From a virus, in the IMG/VR virus record IMGVR_UViG_3300027279_000002: a stretch of 26,332 nt of DNA. One strand, given 5' to 3'. The notes below the pieces were generated by a model. It saw nothing but the letters and a program-made list of their open reading frames with translations, was not told the DNA's origin and did no database searches. Below, piece by piece: positions 1-8,710 of the stretch. Each line of letters starts with the position of its first letter. Position 1 is the first letter of the stretch. The translations under genes were made by a program, and so were the position numbers.

Positions 1-127
1 ATGAGGTTTTGAAAGAACTTGAAATTTTAACTGATGAAATAAAAGCCAAAACGAGCAAAATTGATGAATTTGAAAAGCAGTTAAATAGTGTTACCGAAGA
101 GATAGCAAAAATAAAAACACTGACAAT
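1..127. repeat. Terminal overlap, identical to 26206-26332 (circular closure or terminal redundancy)
   Basis: Base-by-base comparison: window nt 1-127 (atgaggttttgaaagaactt...aacactgacaat) reappear exactly at 26206-26332. Confidence 0.95.
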
Positions 128-1064
128 CACAACACCTGAAGGAACAAAAGAGAAAGCAAAAAAGGAATTCGGGAGTTACATTAAAAAAGCGGTTACGACG
201 GGCTCTACTGGAGCTGAGTTTGTTTTACCTGTAGAAATATACAGCGAAGTGCAGGACATGATAAATAACTATGGCGTTGTTGCTAAGCTATCCAAAAATA
301 TACCAATGGCTAGCAAAACGTTAAAGGTTCCAGTTTCGGGGGCTGTGGATGTATATTATCCAGACGAGGGCGTGGATATAACCGAAAGCAATAACATTTT
401 CAGCAATGGCTTAACACTAACAGCAAAGAAACAGGCAGCATTGGTAAACATATCAAGAGAAATGTTACAGTGGAGTGAGGTTCAGCTTGCTAACTATGTC
501 TCCGAACTGATAGCAAGGGATATGGCTAAAGAGGAAGACAGACAGGCACTTTTGGGAACAGGTGCACCATTCAGTGGTATTGGATACAATACAGGCGTTC
601 CAGCAGTTGTTGGCTCCACTACTGGTTATAACTGGATAGACAGCGAGCAAATAATAAATGCTATCGGTTTAGTAGATAGTGACTACCAAACCAGTGATGT
701 TGTGTTGATAATGAATAGCGTTGTATTCTTTAGCATATTCCAAAAGCAAAAGAAAATAACAAGTATGACAGGTGGCTACATCATTGACGCGATGGTTGGT
801 CTTAATCCACCAACAATAGCGGGTTACAGGGTATTTTTCTCTAAGGTTATGCCGAACTCCACCACTGGTAGTAACTTACCTTATGTTGTTATCGGTAATT
901 TTGCAAACGGACACTTAAGAGGTATCGGACAGGAAATAACAGTAGAGATAAGCAAGGATTATAACTTTGCTAAAGACTTAATAACGATAAAAGCGACAAG
1001 ATTACACAGTGTTGGAAACATAATACCGAAGGCATTTGCTAGAATGGTAAGTGCTAATTCATAG
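9..1064 (+). CDS. Major capsid protein, HK97-like (5-prime end lies across the junction at 26202)
   Basis: 351-aa ORF immediately after the prohead protease gene. It has an N-terminal coiled-coil delta-like segment followed by a capsid-sized body. The TTG start at 9 is a linearisation artefact: the in-frame ATG at 26202 has a GGGGGT SD. Confidence 0.8.
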   Translation: MKELEILTDEIKAKTSKIDEFEKQLNSVTEEIAKIKTLTITTPEGTKEKAKKEFGSYIKKAVTTGSTGAEFVLPVEIYSEVQDMINNYGVVAKLSKNIPMASKTLKVPVSGAVDVYYPDEGVDITESNNIFSNGLTLTAKKQAALVNISREMLQWSEVQLANYVSELIARDMAKEEDRQALLGTGAPFSGIGYNTGVPAVVGSTTGYNWIDSEQIINAIGLVDSDYQTSDVVLIMNSVVFFSIFQKQKKITSMTGGYIIDAMVGLNPPTIAGYRVFFSKVMPNSTTGSNLPYVVIGNFANGHLRGIGQEITVEISKDYNFAKDLITIKATRLHSVGNIIPKAFARMVSANS

Positions 1065-1074
1065 GGGGTGAACG

Positions 1075-1257
1075 ATGATAGTTAAAGCATTAGCAAGTTT
1101 TTGGTATAACGGAAGACTAGTGCAAGCAGATGAAGAGGTGGAAATAAGCAAAGAAGATTACGAAAAACTAAAAAACATTGTTACCTTGCTAGTTGTTAAT
1201 TCACCTACGGTAACAGCACAAGAAGACAAAATAAAAGAAAAGAAGAAAGAAAAATAA
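1075..1257 (+). CDS. Small hypothetical protein with a Lys/Glu-rich tail
   Basis: ATG preceded by GGGGGTGA SD; followed directly by a strong hairpin terminator. Confidence 0.5.
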   Translation: MIVKALASFWYNGRLVQADEEVEISKEDYEKLKNIVTLLVVNSPTVTAQEDKIKEKKKEK

Positions 1258-1286
1258 AAAAGGGAGGTTTAACCTCCCTTTCTTTT
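1256..1286 (+). terminator. Intrinsic terminator after the capsid gene block
   Basis: AGGGAGG (1261-1267) pairs with CCTCCCT (1273-1279) around a TTTAA loop. It is flanked by an A-run upstream and TTCTTTT downstream. Confidence 0.6.
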
Positions 1287-1295
1287 GGGGGCTTT

Positions 1296-1838
1296 ATGAC
1301 AACGATTTTGGACACTGTTAAAAACATACTAAACATAACGGACAATAGCCAAGATGATTATCTTTTAGCACTTAAGGAAAAAGTGTTAAAGGACTTGGAA
1401 AGTGATTATACAAACCCTCTTCTAACTACCTACACATATGAGTTTGATAATCTACTTAAAAACACAAACTTAATCTTCTTTAAGCGTTTTGATGTTAATT
1501 TTCAAATTTTGTCCGTTACCGTTACGGATACTAACGGTGTTACAAGCACCCCCGAATACACTTATACAAATGGCGTTTTGTATTTTAAAACCAAACCAAT
1601 GGTGCGAGTAAGGATAGTATTCAAGAGGGGTTACTTAAACGAAACTGACATGGATATTCACCTAATGCTTTTAATTTCCAAACTCATTTTTTTGGAGTAT
1701 TACGAAACCAAATACGGTGGGCTTGTTAGTAGTGAACAGAGCGTGGATGGTGTAAGAAACACTTACAAAGATTTTAACGAGCAAAGAGCAAGTATTATTT
1801 ATCAAATCAAAAGCAAATTAGGATACTACGGCGTATGA
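1296..1838 (+). CDS. Head-tail connector/adaptor (gp6-like, mostly positional)
   Basis: GGGGG SD. The position after the capsid gene and an N-terminal pattern (ILNITDNSQDDYLLALKEKV) are typical of head-tail connector proteins. Confidence 0.45.
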   Translation: MTTILDTVKNILNITDNSQDDYLLALKEKVLKDLESDYTNPLLTTYTYEFDNLLKNTNLIFFKRFDVNFQILSVTVTDTNGVTSTPEYTYTNGVLYFKTKPMVRVRIVFKRGYLNETDMDIHLMLLISKLIFLEYYETKYGGLVSSEQSVDGVRNTYKDFNEQRASIIYQIKSKLGYYGV

Positions 1839-2368
1839 GTTTAGAAAGTGATTTAGAGGAAATATTCAGTAAAGCGAGGTTGAGGATAATAATTAACGAA
1901 GCAATTAATATTGCTAAAAGAGAATTCACAAACTACATGAAAGTTAGAACAGGCTTCTTAAGAAGAACACTTGACTATAACTATAACGAAATAACAAAGG
2001 GAATACGAATTTATAGCCAAACAGTTTACGGAAGAGCACAGGAATTTGGAGCAGAGATAACACCAAAGAAAACTAGGCGTTTATGGATACCATTACCACC
2101 TAACCTAACTAGTGCAGGGGTGATAAGGCAGACACCAAAAGATGTTTTTGATAAGGGGTTTATAAAGAAAGACATTTTTTATCTTAAGCAAAACGATAGT
2201 ATTATTCCTTACTTTGCGCTAAAAAACCAAACGAAAATAAAACCAAAATTGTGGATAAAACGAAGCTTAATGAAAGTGGATAAAAAAACAGTAGAAGAGA
2301 AGACAAGGCAGTTAGTAAAGAATGCGCTAAAAAACGATTTAAAAAATATTATCAAAAGAATATTTTAA
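1835..2368 (+). CDS. HK97 gp10-like head-tail joining protein
   Basis: ATGA overlap with the upstream gene. The VRTGFLRRTL motif resembles the TG-x-L-R signature of the HK97 gp10 family. Confidence 0.5.
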   Translation: MSLESDLEEIFSKARLRIIINEAINIAKREFTNYMKVRTGFLRRTLDYNYNEITKGIRIYSQTVYGRAQEFGAEITPKKTRRLWIPLPPNLTSAGVIRQTPKDVFDKGFIKKDIFYLKQNDSIIPYFALKNQTKIKPKLWIKRSLMKVDKKTVEEKTRQLVKNALKNDLKNIIKRIF

Positions 2369-2380
2369 CGGGGGTGTAGG

Positions 2381-2743
2381 ATGGATTGGGTTAGTGAAGA
2401 GATAAAAACAAGAATAACACCATTACTAAATGCTTATGGAGTAAGGCTAGTAGCGTTGGAAGACTTTTTAAACACACAAGACAAGCAAATCGCTTGTCTT
2501 TCTAATACGGAAAAATATATTCAAGATGGCAGAGGCTTGGTTTGTGAAATTGCTTTATTCTTAAAAGTTAAGGATAATCTTCTTACCTTTGATAACTTCA
2601 ACGAGTTTTTAAGACAGTTAAGCGCGATAAGAGACAATAATTTTGCAGTCACAAGAATAATAAATATCACAAGAACGAAAGATGAAAAGTTAAAACTTTC
2701 GGTTTTGGAAGTTAGTTTTGAAATTGTTTATTTGTTCTACTAA
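2381..2743 (+). CDS. Tail completion/terminator-type protein (positional)
   Basis: GGGGGTG SD; 120 aa; lies between the connector genes and the major tail gene. Confidence 0.35.
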   Translation: MDWVSEEIKTRITPLLNAYGVRLVALEDFLNTQDKQIACLSNTEKYIQDGRGLVCEIALFLKVKDNLLTFDNFNEFLRQLSAIRDNNFAVTRIINITRTKDEKLKLSVLEVSFEIVYLFY

Positions 2744-2772
2744 CGGTTATTATTTTTTTAAGGGGGTGAAAG

Positions 2773-3384
2773 ATGGCAAGCAATGTTTTAACTGGTTCGT
2801 ATCGTGTGTTTTTTAGCACGTATACGTGGACATCTGCAAACGTGGATAGTGCTGTAGGTGGAACAATACCAAACTCTGTAACATGGAAACAAATATTCAC
2901 AAACGGCGAAGCAAAAATAACAATCTCCAGAGACTTACTAGACTTACAAACCGACCAAGAGGGTATAAGGAAAAGAATAATTAATGGTGTGGACAAGGTG
3001 GAGGTAGAAATTCCTATTGCGGACATTAGTTACGAAATACTTGTTAAGTATTTCCAAATCAACCCTACCAATGTTGATACTGCTGGTGGTGTCAAGGCAC
3101 TAAAGGGTTCCTACAGGGGAACTGAGATAACTAATTCCTTTACTTTATTGCTTTATCACACTAGCTATGACCCTTCTAATCTTACTGACACACCAAGATT
3201 TGGAACTGGTAGCGACCCTACGGCTATACTTCTTTTTAAGGTAGTTTCGGCTAGCGGGTTAGAAATTTCCTATAACCCAAGTGGACAGCAAATTCTAACT
3301 CTTAAACTTCAGGCGTTAAGCGTAGATGGCGCTGATAATAAAGGTGTTTTAGGTGTTATTGGAACATTAAACAGTGGCTCGTAA
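2773..3384 (+). CDS. Major tail (tube) protein
   Basis: GGGGGTGAAAG-ATG SD; 203 aa; located two genes upstream of the tape measure; no sheath gene is present. Confidence 0.55.
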   Translation: MASNVLTGSYRVFFSTYTWTSANVDSAVGGTIPNSVTWKQIFTNGEAKITISRDLLDLQTDQEGIRKRIINGVDKVEVEIPIADISYEILVKYFQINPTNVDTAGGVKALKGSYRGTEITNSFTLLLYHTSYDPSNLTDTPRFGTGSDPTAILLFKVVSASGLEISYNPSGQQILTLKLQALSVDGADNKGVLGVIGTLNSGS

Positions 3385-3950
3385 TGTTGGCATTCTTAGA
3401 TAAGGTAAAGATTTTCACCTGGGAGGGGGTAAAAGTTAAAATTTTTAAAAAGGGTATACGGGAGGTTTATTTACTCCTGTATATCCTTAACAAAACTAAA
3501 GCAATAAGTGGCGACTTACTAACTTTTTTAATTAAACAAAATCAAGTAGAGTTTAGGAAAATTAATAACATCACAAAGCGGCTTTTTTCTTCCTTCTTTG
3601 CTTTTTACTCGTTTAAGGATAAACTTAAGTTTTTGTTAATGCGAAGAGACAAAAAACTAAAGTTGTTCCAGACTGTTTACCAAGAAATTTTAAACTACAA
3701 CGTTGGTAGCGAAGGAAACAAAAGTGAAGAGAGCAATTTTGATTTTGACAGTTTCACAAGAAACATGTATTATTCTGTTTCGCAGTTGTTTTTCTATTCG
3801 GGGCGTTCTTTGGAAGAAATCTTTAATCTTACCTTTGAGGAGTTGAGAATTCTTTTAGTAAATCTAAACTACCATCGTTTTAACATTGCTGTGGATAGTG
3901 CGGGGGCTTGGAATTTAGAAGAGTTTAAAAGGGCTTTAAGGATTTATTAA
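3384..3950 (+). CDS. Tail assembly chaperone (positional only)
   Basis: TAATG overlap with the major tail gene; lies immediately upstream of the tape measure gene. I found no frameshift extension. Confidence 0.35.
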   Translation: MLAFLDKVKIFTWEGVKVKIFKKGIREVYLLLYILNKTKAISGDLLTFLIKQNQVEFRKINNITKRLFSSFFAFYSFKDKLKFLLMRRDKKLKLFQTVYQEILNYNVGSEGNKSEESNFDFDSFTRNMYYSVSQLFFYSGRSLEEIFNLTFEELRILLVNLNYHRFNIAVDSAGAWNLEEFKRALRIY

Positions 3951-3958
3951 AACCTCAA

Positions 3959-3994
3959 GTTCTATAATATATACATATAGAATATATGACATGC
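3959..3994 (+). promoter_or_regulatory. Conserved AT-rich element, copy 1 (TATAAT 3963-3968, ATAGAATATATG 3977-3988)
   Basis: GTTCTATAATATATACATATAGAATATATGACATGC, intergenic, upstream of the tape measure gene. Member of a five-copy family. Confidence 0.5.
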
Positions 3995-4027
3995 TTTTTG
4001 AAACACTAATCATAAATAATTCAATTC

Positions 4028-7000
4028 ATGGCAGGTGATATCCAAGTCATTTACGAAATCAAAGCAGAAGTGGATAATGCTGTTAAAAACATAGCCACTG
4101 TGAATGAAAAAGTTAAGAGTATTCCGAAGGAAGCGGAAAATGCAAGTAGAGGTTTAGCTAATATCGGTAACTCCATAGTTGGCGCTTTGGGTAAAATTAT
4201 GTTAATCGTGGAAGCGTTTAGGCAGTTAACAAATGCAATCAAGGGGGCGATAGAAAAAGAAAGAAACCTTAAGCAATTAGAAGTAGCCTTATTGGGGATT
4301 GGTAAAAGCAAAGAGGAGATAAAAGCAATAACAGAGGAACTAGACAAGTTTTCGGTGGAGTTATCCAGGTTAACCGCGATTGATGATGATGCTATTATGG
4401 GAGTTGTTAAGCTTGGTATTCAGATGGGTATGACAGCAGAGCAGGCTAAAGAGTTAACTAAACTTGCAGCAGGTATTAGTGCAACTTTTGGAATGGATTT
4501 GCAAACAGCTTTTATACAACTTAATAAACAACTCACAACTGGAGAAAGTTCACTAACCCGTTATGATGCTAATCTTAAAAACTTAACTAAAACAGCAAAA
4601 GATAACACTGAAATAATAAACTACCTTGTTAAAACATACGGTGGTATGGCTGAAGCACAGGGGAAAGTGGATAGTTTAACTAAAGCACAGATTGCTTTTA
4701 ATAACATTCTTAAATCCATTGCTAAAATAATTTTACCGATTTTGGATGTTGTGAGTGATTTAGCAACAAGACTAGCGGATACATTAGCACCTGCTTTTGA
4801 AAAAGTTGGTGAGGTGGTAAGAGGTTTAGAACCTGCTTTTAAAGCATTAATGAACATCTTGTCACAAGTATTAAGTTTTGTTATTAATGTTGCAACTAAC
4901 ATTACAAAAGTATTCCAAAACCTACTGGAGAATATCGGCATTTTAGAAACCAAAAATGTAGAAAAGTTAGCAAAAAGACAAGAAACATTAATTAGTGAGG
5001 CTAGAAGGTTAATTTTCCAATACAGTCGTAAAGAGGTTGGTGAAAGCTTCATAAGAGCATTGTTTACTGGCAGTGTCGGAGCTGAAAGTGAGTTTAGGAA
5101 GATAATAAGCAATTTATCACCCGCCAATGCTAATGAATTATTAAGCAAAATCGTGTCACTAAAGAGTGAGTATAACGAAATTGGTAAGAAGATAAAGGAA
5201 ATAAACATTGATGGTGAAAGACAGGTAAAAATAAACACTACTACGCTAGCAAGCATAAAAGCGATTAAAGAAGAGGAAGAGAAAACAAAAACAAAACAAA
5301 AAGACACTTTGGATTTGTTAAAGGAAAGACTAACGGCTTTGGAAAAACTTGTAGAGTTCCTAAAAGCAAACAATGCTTTAACAGAAGAAAACAAAAAGAA
5401 AATACAAGAACAGGTGGATAGTTTGCTTAAAACACAACTAGCCGTAGGGGATTTAAAGGGTAGTTTTGGAGAAATTGTGGATAAACTAAAAACTAGCAAA
5501 CTAACAGCTGAAGAGTGGCAGGCAGTTTTGGAAAATGTAGACTTAACAAGGGTGGTAGAGGATTTGGATAAAGTAACAGAAAAATTAAATGAAAGCAAAG
5601 ACAACTCGGAGGAACTTAAAAGAGCTTTGGAGGAAATTAAGAAAACGATTAGCGATGTTGTTAGAGTATTGGATGCTTTAATAAGCGGGTTAGAAAAAAT
5701 CGGTGCAATTAGTAGTGCAACGGCTAGTTCTTTAAAAACTTATATTTCCTCTATTCAAGAACTCGCAACGGGTATCATGTCTGGAGACACCACTTCGGCA
5801 TTGGTTGGTAGTATTACTCTTCTTTCACAAGTAGTTTATGATATTACCAACATTATTTCTTTTTACAACCAGCAAACCAAAATGGCTATTTCTAACGCCA
5901 ATCAGCTTAAAGCAGAGCTGGAAGAGATTAACAGAAGGCTTGAAGACATAAAGGATAAAATGCGTGACATTTTTACTAATGAAGACATGGAAATAGCACT
6001 AGATGAGTTGACAAAAGCATTAGATGAAAAGTTTAGAAAACAGTTAGACATCGTAAATGAATATTATCGCAAACAAATAAACGAAACACAAAGCGAGATA
6101 GAAAGACTACAAAAAAGACTTGTTACTTTGAATTCAGAATTAACAGCAGGCGGTAGAGGTAGGAATGAGTTTTATTTGAAAAAAGAAATAAGAGAAACGG
6201 AAGAGCAAATACGAAGACTACAGGAAAGACTAGCAAATCTAAACCAATCTATCTTGATAGTTAACAAAAACCTCTCGGAGATGACTAAACAAGAAAGAGA
6301 AAGAGAAGCGGAGAGAGTAAGAGCAAGTATTAGTTCGCTACAACAACAAAAAGGTAAGTTAGAAGACTTCCTGAGGTGGCTACAGGAAAACCAGGGTCAA
6401 TTTAGCACAGGGGCTTTTGGAATTAATATTGTTGCTAGCCGTGAGGCTTGGAATATCTATGCTGGTATTGTAAACGAACTAGAAAGAATGGGGATTATAA
6501 CAGCAAAGCAAAGACAATTGTTTTTGGATAATGCAGGAGTTACACAGGACATTAAAGACATTATAACGATAATAAACAATCGCGTTAGTGACTTAAATAG
6601 TGCGATAGCAAATCAAAGAGCGCTTCTGGATACCTTAACCAAATACGACGAGGTAAGGCTCCAGACGGTGGAGGATTTAGCAAAGAACCATGATGCCTTG
6701 GTTAGGCTTTATGACTTACAAGGACAAAAGGAAAAAGCAATTTTGCAACTACAGGAAAAAGCAAATTTTTTGCAAAGAGAAATAAACAAAGCAAAAGCGA
6801 ATGGAATAAATACAGTGCAGTTAGAAATTGAGTATTACAAAACCATAAATGATATAACCGAAAGGCAAAGGAAACAACAAGAAGAGATAAACAAGCTGAT
6901 AAACGAAAGAATAAACAAATTAAAACAGGTGGTGGAACTTGGCGGACTGGATGTAGAGAACTACAAAGACATACAAACGATTACGAAGATACTAAAGGAA

Positions 7001-7270
7001 AGTGGGCTTAAAGGGATGGACTTCCTTAAGACATTAAAGGACATTGGAGTTAACATATCAAGCGAGTTTTTACCAAAGAACTTACCCGATGTTGCTAGTT
7101 TGCTAAAGGAAGTATTAACAAATCCAGTTGTTAGTAATAGCACAACAAACCAGACTAATATAAATCAAAGCAATAATGTAGTTAATAACATTAATTTTAA
7201 TGCGAGCTGGGATATGTTTAATCAATTACTAAATCGTTTCCGTAATTTCTTCGGAGGGGGCAGAAGATGA
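4028..7270 (+). CDS. Tail tape measure protein
   Basis: 1080-aa, highly coiled-coil, Lys/Glu/Leu-rich ORF downstream of the tail tube and chaperone genes. No SD upstream of the ATG. Confidence 0.85.
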   Translation: MAGDIQVIYEIKAEVDNAVKNIATVNEKVKSIPKEAENASRGLANIGNSIVGALGKIMLIVEAFRQLTNAIKGAIEKERNLKQLEVALLGIGKSKEEIKAITEELDKFSVELSRLTAIDDDAIMGVVKLGIQMGMTAEQAKELTKLAAGISATFGMDLQTAFIQLNKQLTTGESSLTRYDANLKNLTKTAKDNTEIINYLVKTYGGMAEAQGKVDSLTKAQIAFNNILKSIAKIILPILDVVSDLATRLADTLAPAFEKVGEVVRGLEPAFKALMNILSQVLSFVINVATNITKVFQNLLENIGILETKNVEKLAKRQETLISEARRLIFQYSRKEVGESFIRALFTGSVGAESEFRKIISNLSPANANELLSKIVSLKSEYNEIGKKIKEINIDGERQVKINTTTLASIKAIKEEEEKTKTKQKDTLDLLKERLTALEKLVEFLKANNALTEENKKKIQEQVDSLLKTQLAVGDLKGSFGEIVDKLKTSKLTAEEWQAVLENVDLTRVVEDLDKVTEKLNESKDNSEELKRALEEIKKTISDVVRVLDALISGLEKIGAISSATASSLKTYISSIQELATGIMSGDTTSALVGSITLLSQVVYDITNIISFYNQQTKMAISNANQLKAELEEINRRLEDIKDKMRDIFTNEDMEIALDELTKALDEKFRKQLDIVNEYYRKQINETQSEIERLQKRLVTLNSELTAGGRGRNEFYLKKEIRETEEQIRRLQERLANLNQSILIVNKNLSEMTKQEREREAERVRASISSLQQQKGKLEDFLRWLQENQGQFSTGAFGINIVASREAWNIYAGIVNELERMGIITAKQRQLFLDNAGVTQDIKDIITIINNRVSDLNSAIANQRALLDTLTKYDEVRLQTVEDLAKNHDALVRLYDLQGQKEKAILQLQEKANFLQREINKAKANGINTVQLEIEYYKTINDITERQRKQQEEINKLINERINKLKQVVELGGLDVENYKDIQTITKILKESGLKGMDFLKTLKDIGVNISSEFLPKNLPDVASLLKEVLTNPVVSNSTTNQTNINQSNNVVNNINFNASWDMFNQLLNRFRNFFGGGRR

Positions 7271-8697
7271 TAAGAACAGGACATTTAAAGTATAAGTTTG
7301 TAAGAAACAATAAAATTACTAACAAATACTATCATTCCATTTTCAAGCAAGATATCGTTGGCTACCCTGATTATGTTTATTTAGCCGACACTACAGAAGG
7401 CTGGGTATGGCACACAAAAGATGATTTACAAAATATTTTTAATGCTGTTTATAACAATTACCAAAACTTAAGTGGTTTTAGCATAAGGTGGCTATCAACG
7501 GCAGGGAGTGATAGTAATAATGGAACTTATGCTAATCCTGTTTTGTCTCTGGACAGGGTAAAAGCACTAACTGGAAACAATCCAACTCTGGTTTTAATTA
7601 AGGACACAAGCGATGATTATGTTTATACTTACTCTTCTTCTAGTAATTTAACAAAAGACTTTTCCAATATAGTGTTTTTTGGTGGTAAGTTTAATAATAG
7701 CTTGCAGTGCGTGAGTGTTGTAAGACCAACTATAATACTGCAAGCAACAGCATCGGTCACTTATACACTAAACTTTAAAGAAATCCACAATGTTAAAATT
7801 ATTAAGTATATAAACTTTCCAAACTACCCAAGCATGACAATAAACACAGACAGCACAAACGAACAGTATTTTAATACCATTTTTCAAAATCTTTTCATGA
7901 CCTGGGTACCAGTAGATACTGTTAACATGCAAAAACCGAGATGGTGTTATTTTCATTTAGCACACAATACGGATGGACCAATAAGCTTCAACGAATACAT
8001 CTATACGGGTAGCAGGTATGCTAGTGTTACGGTTTATACTAATTATTTTTCTTTTGTTTATGATTTTTATAACAACCTAATCTATGCTGGGAGTAGTAGT
8101 GACTATTATTCGTTAAGAGACACGATAATGAACTACCTGTTGAGTAGCGAAACGGTAGCTAAAGACATGTTTGTTGTTTCCAATTTAACGGTAGGAGATT
8201 GGAAAGTAATAAATGCAGAGGTGGAAAATAGAATAATACTACGAAGAATTGGACTTATTAATGATTTTGTTAACGAGTATGTTATTACATTAAAACCCAA
8301 CTTTTATAACAATTACCCTCAATTTCTAAATGGATACTGGCTAGTGGATAGGAACGAGGATTATAGTAATTTTCTAAACAAAACAGTAAACCAAATAACA
8401 ACAGATTACTTAACAGGTTTAAATGAAAACTTTTTGTTACTAGTTCAAGACACTTCAGATAGCACTTCCTACAATATCGCTTTAGTATTTAACCAAAACG
8501 TATACAACACCGTGTGGAGCGTGAGTGATTTAATCGGTGAGGCTTGGAAATGGAAAGTTATTAATGTCTTTCAGGTTTGGCAGTTGTCGGAGAGTGTTAA
8601 TTTCAAAAAATATGCGGATAACTCATACGAGGCGGTTTTGGTGTTTAGGAATTATGATAATGAAATAGTAGATAAATCAAAACCATTAATCTTATAA
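7267..8697 (+). CDS. Tail tip / tail spike-like protein with a possible beta-helix domain
   Basis: ATGA overlap with the tape measure gene. The segment RWLSTAGSDSNNGTYANPVLSLDRVKAL resembles the N-terminal signature of right-handed beta-helix (pectate-lyase-like) proteins. Confidence 0.45.
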   Translation: MIRTGHLKYKFVRNNKITNKYYHSIFKQDIVGYPDYVYLADTTEGWVWHTKDDLQNIFNAVYNNYQNLSGFSIRWLSTAGSDSNNGTYANPVLSLDRVKALTGNNPTLVLIKDTSDDYVYTYSSSSNLTKDFSNIVFFGGKFNNSLQCVSVVRPTIILQATASVTYTLNFKEIHNVKIIKYINFPNYPSMTINTDSTNEQYFNTIFQNLFMTWVPVDTVNMQKPRWCYFHLAHNTDGPISFNEYIYTGSRYASVTVYTNYFSFVYDFYNNLIYAGSSSDYYSLRDTIMNYLLSSETVAKDMFVVSNLTVGDWKVINAEVENRIILRRIGLINDFVNEYVITLKPNFYNNYPQFLNGYWLVDRNEDYSNFLNKTVNQITTDYLTGLNENFLLLVQDTSDSTSYNIALVFNQNVYNTVWSVSDLIGEAWKWKVINVFQVWQLSESVNFKKYADNSYEAVLVFRNYDNEIVDKSKPLIL

Positions 8698-8710
8698 GAG
8701 AGGTGATTAT

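Noticed and set aside
3384-4027. Expected programmed -1 frameshift (G/GT-type) in the tail chaperone gene
   Set aside because: I saw no in-frame X-XXY-YYZ slippery heptamer in the A-runs I checked (about 3440 and 3650). The ORF track shows no overlapping downstream frame of 60 aa or more that could be extended.
4621-5604. 327-aa ORF on the minus strand, and all other minus-strand ORFs in the track (for example 2712-3026, 11559-11885, 14400-14738, 17511-17828, 19653-20033, 24204-24566)
   Set aside because: All lie antisense to strongly supported plus-strand genes. They translate to Ser/Leu/Phe-rich low-complexity sequence, as expected from the reverse complement of Lys/Glu-rich coding DNA. 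They have no SD and no recognisable motifs.
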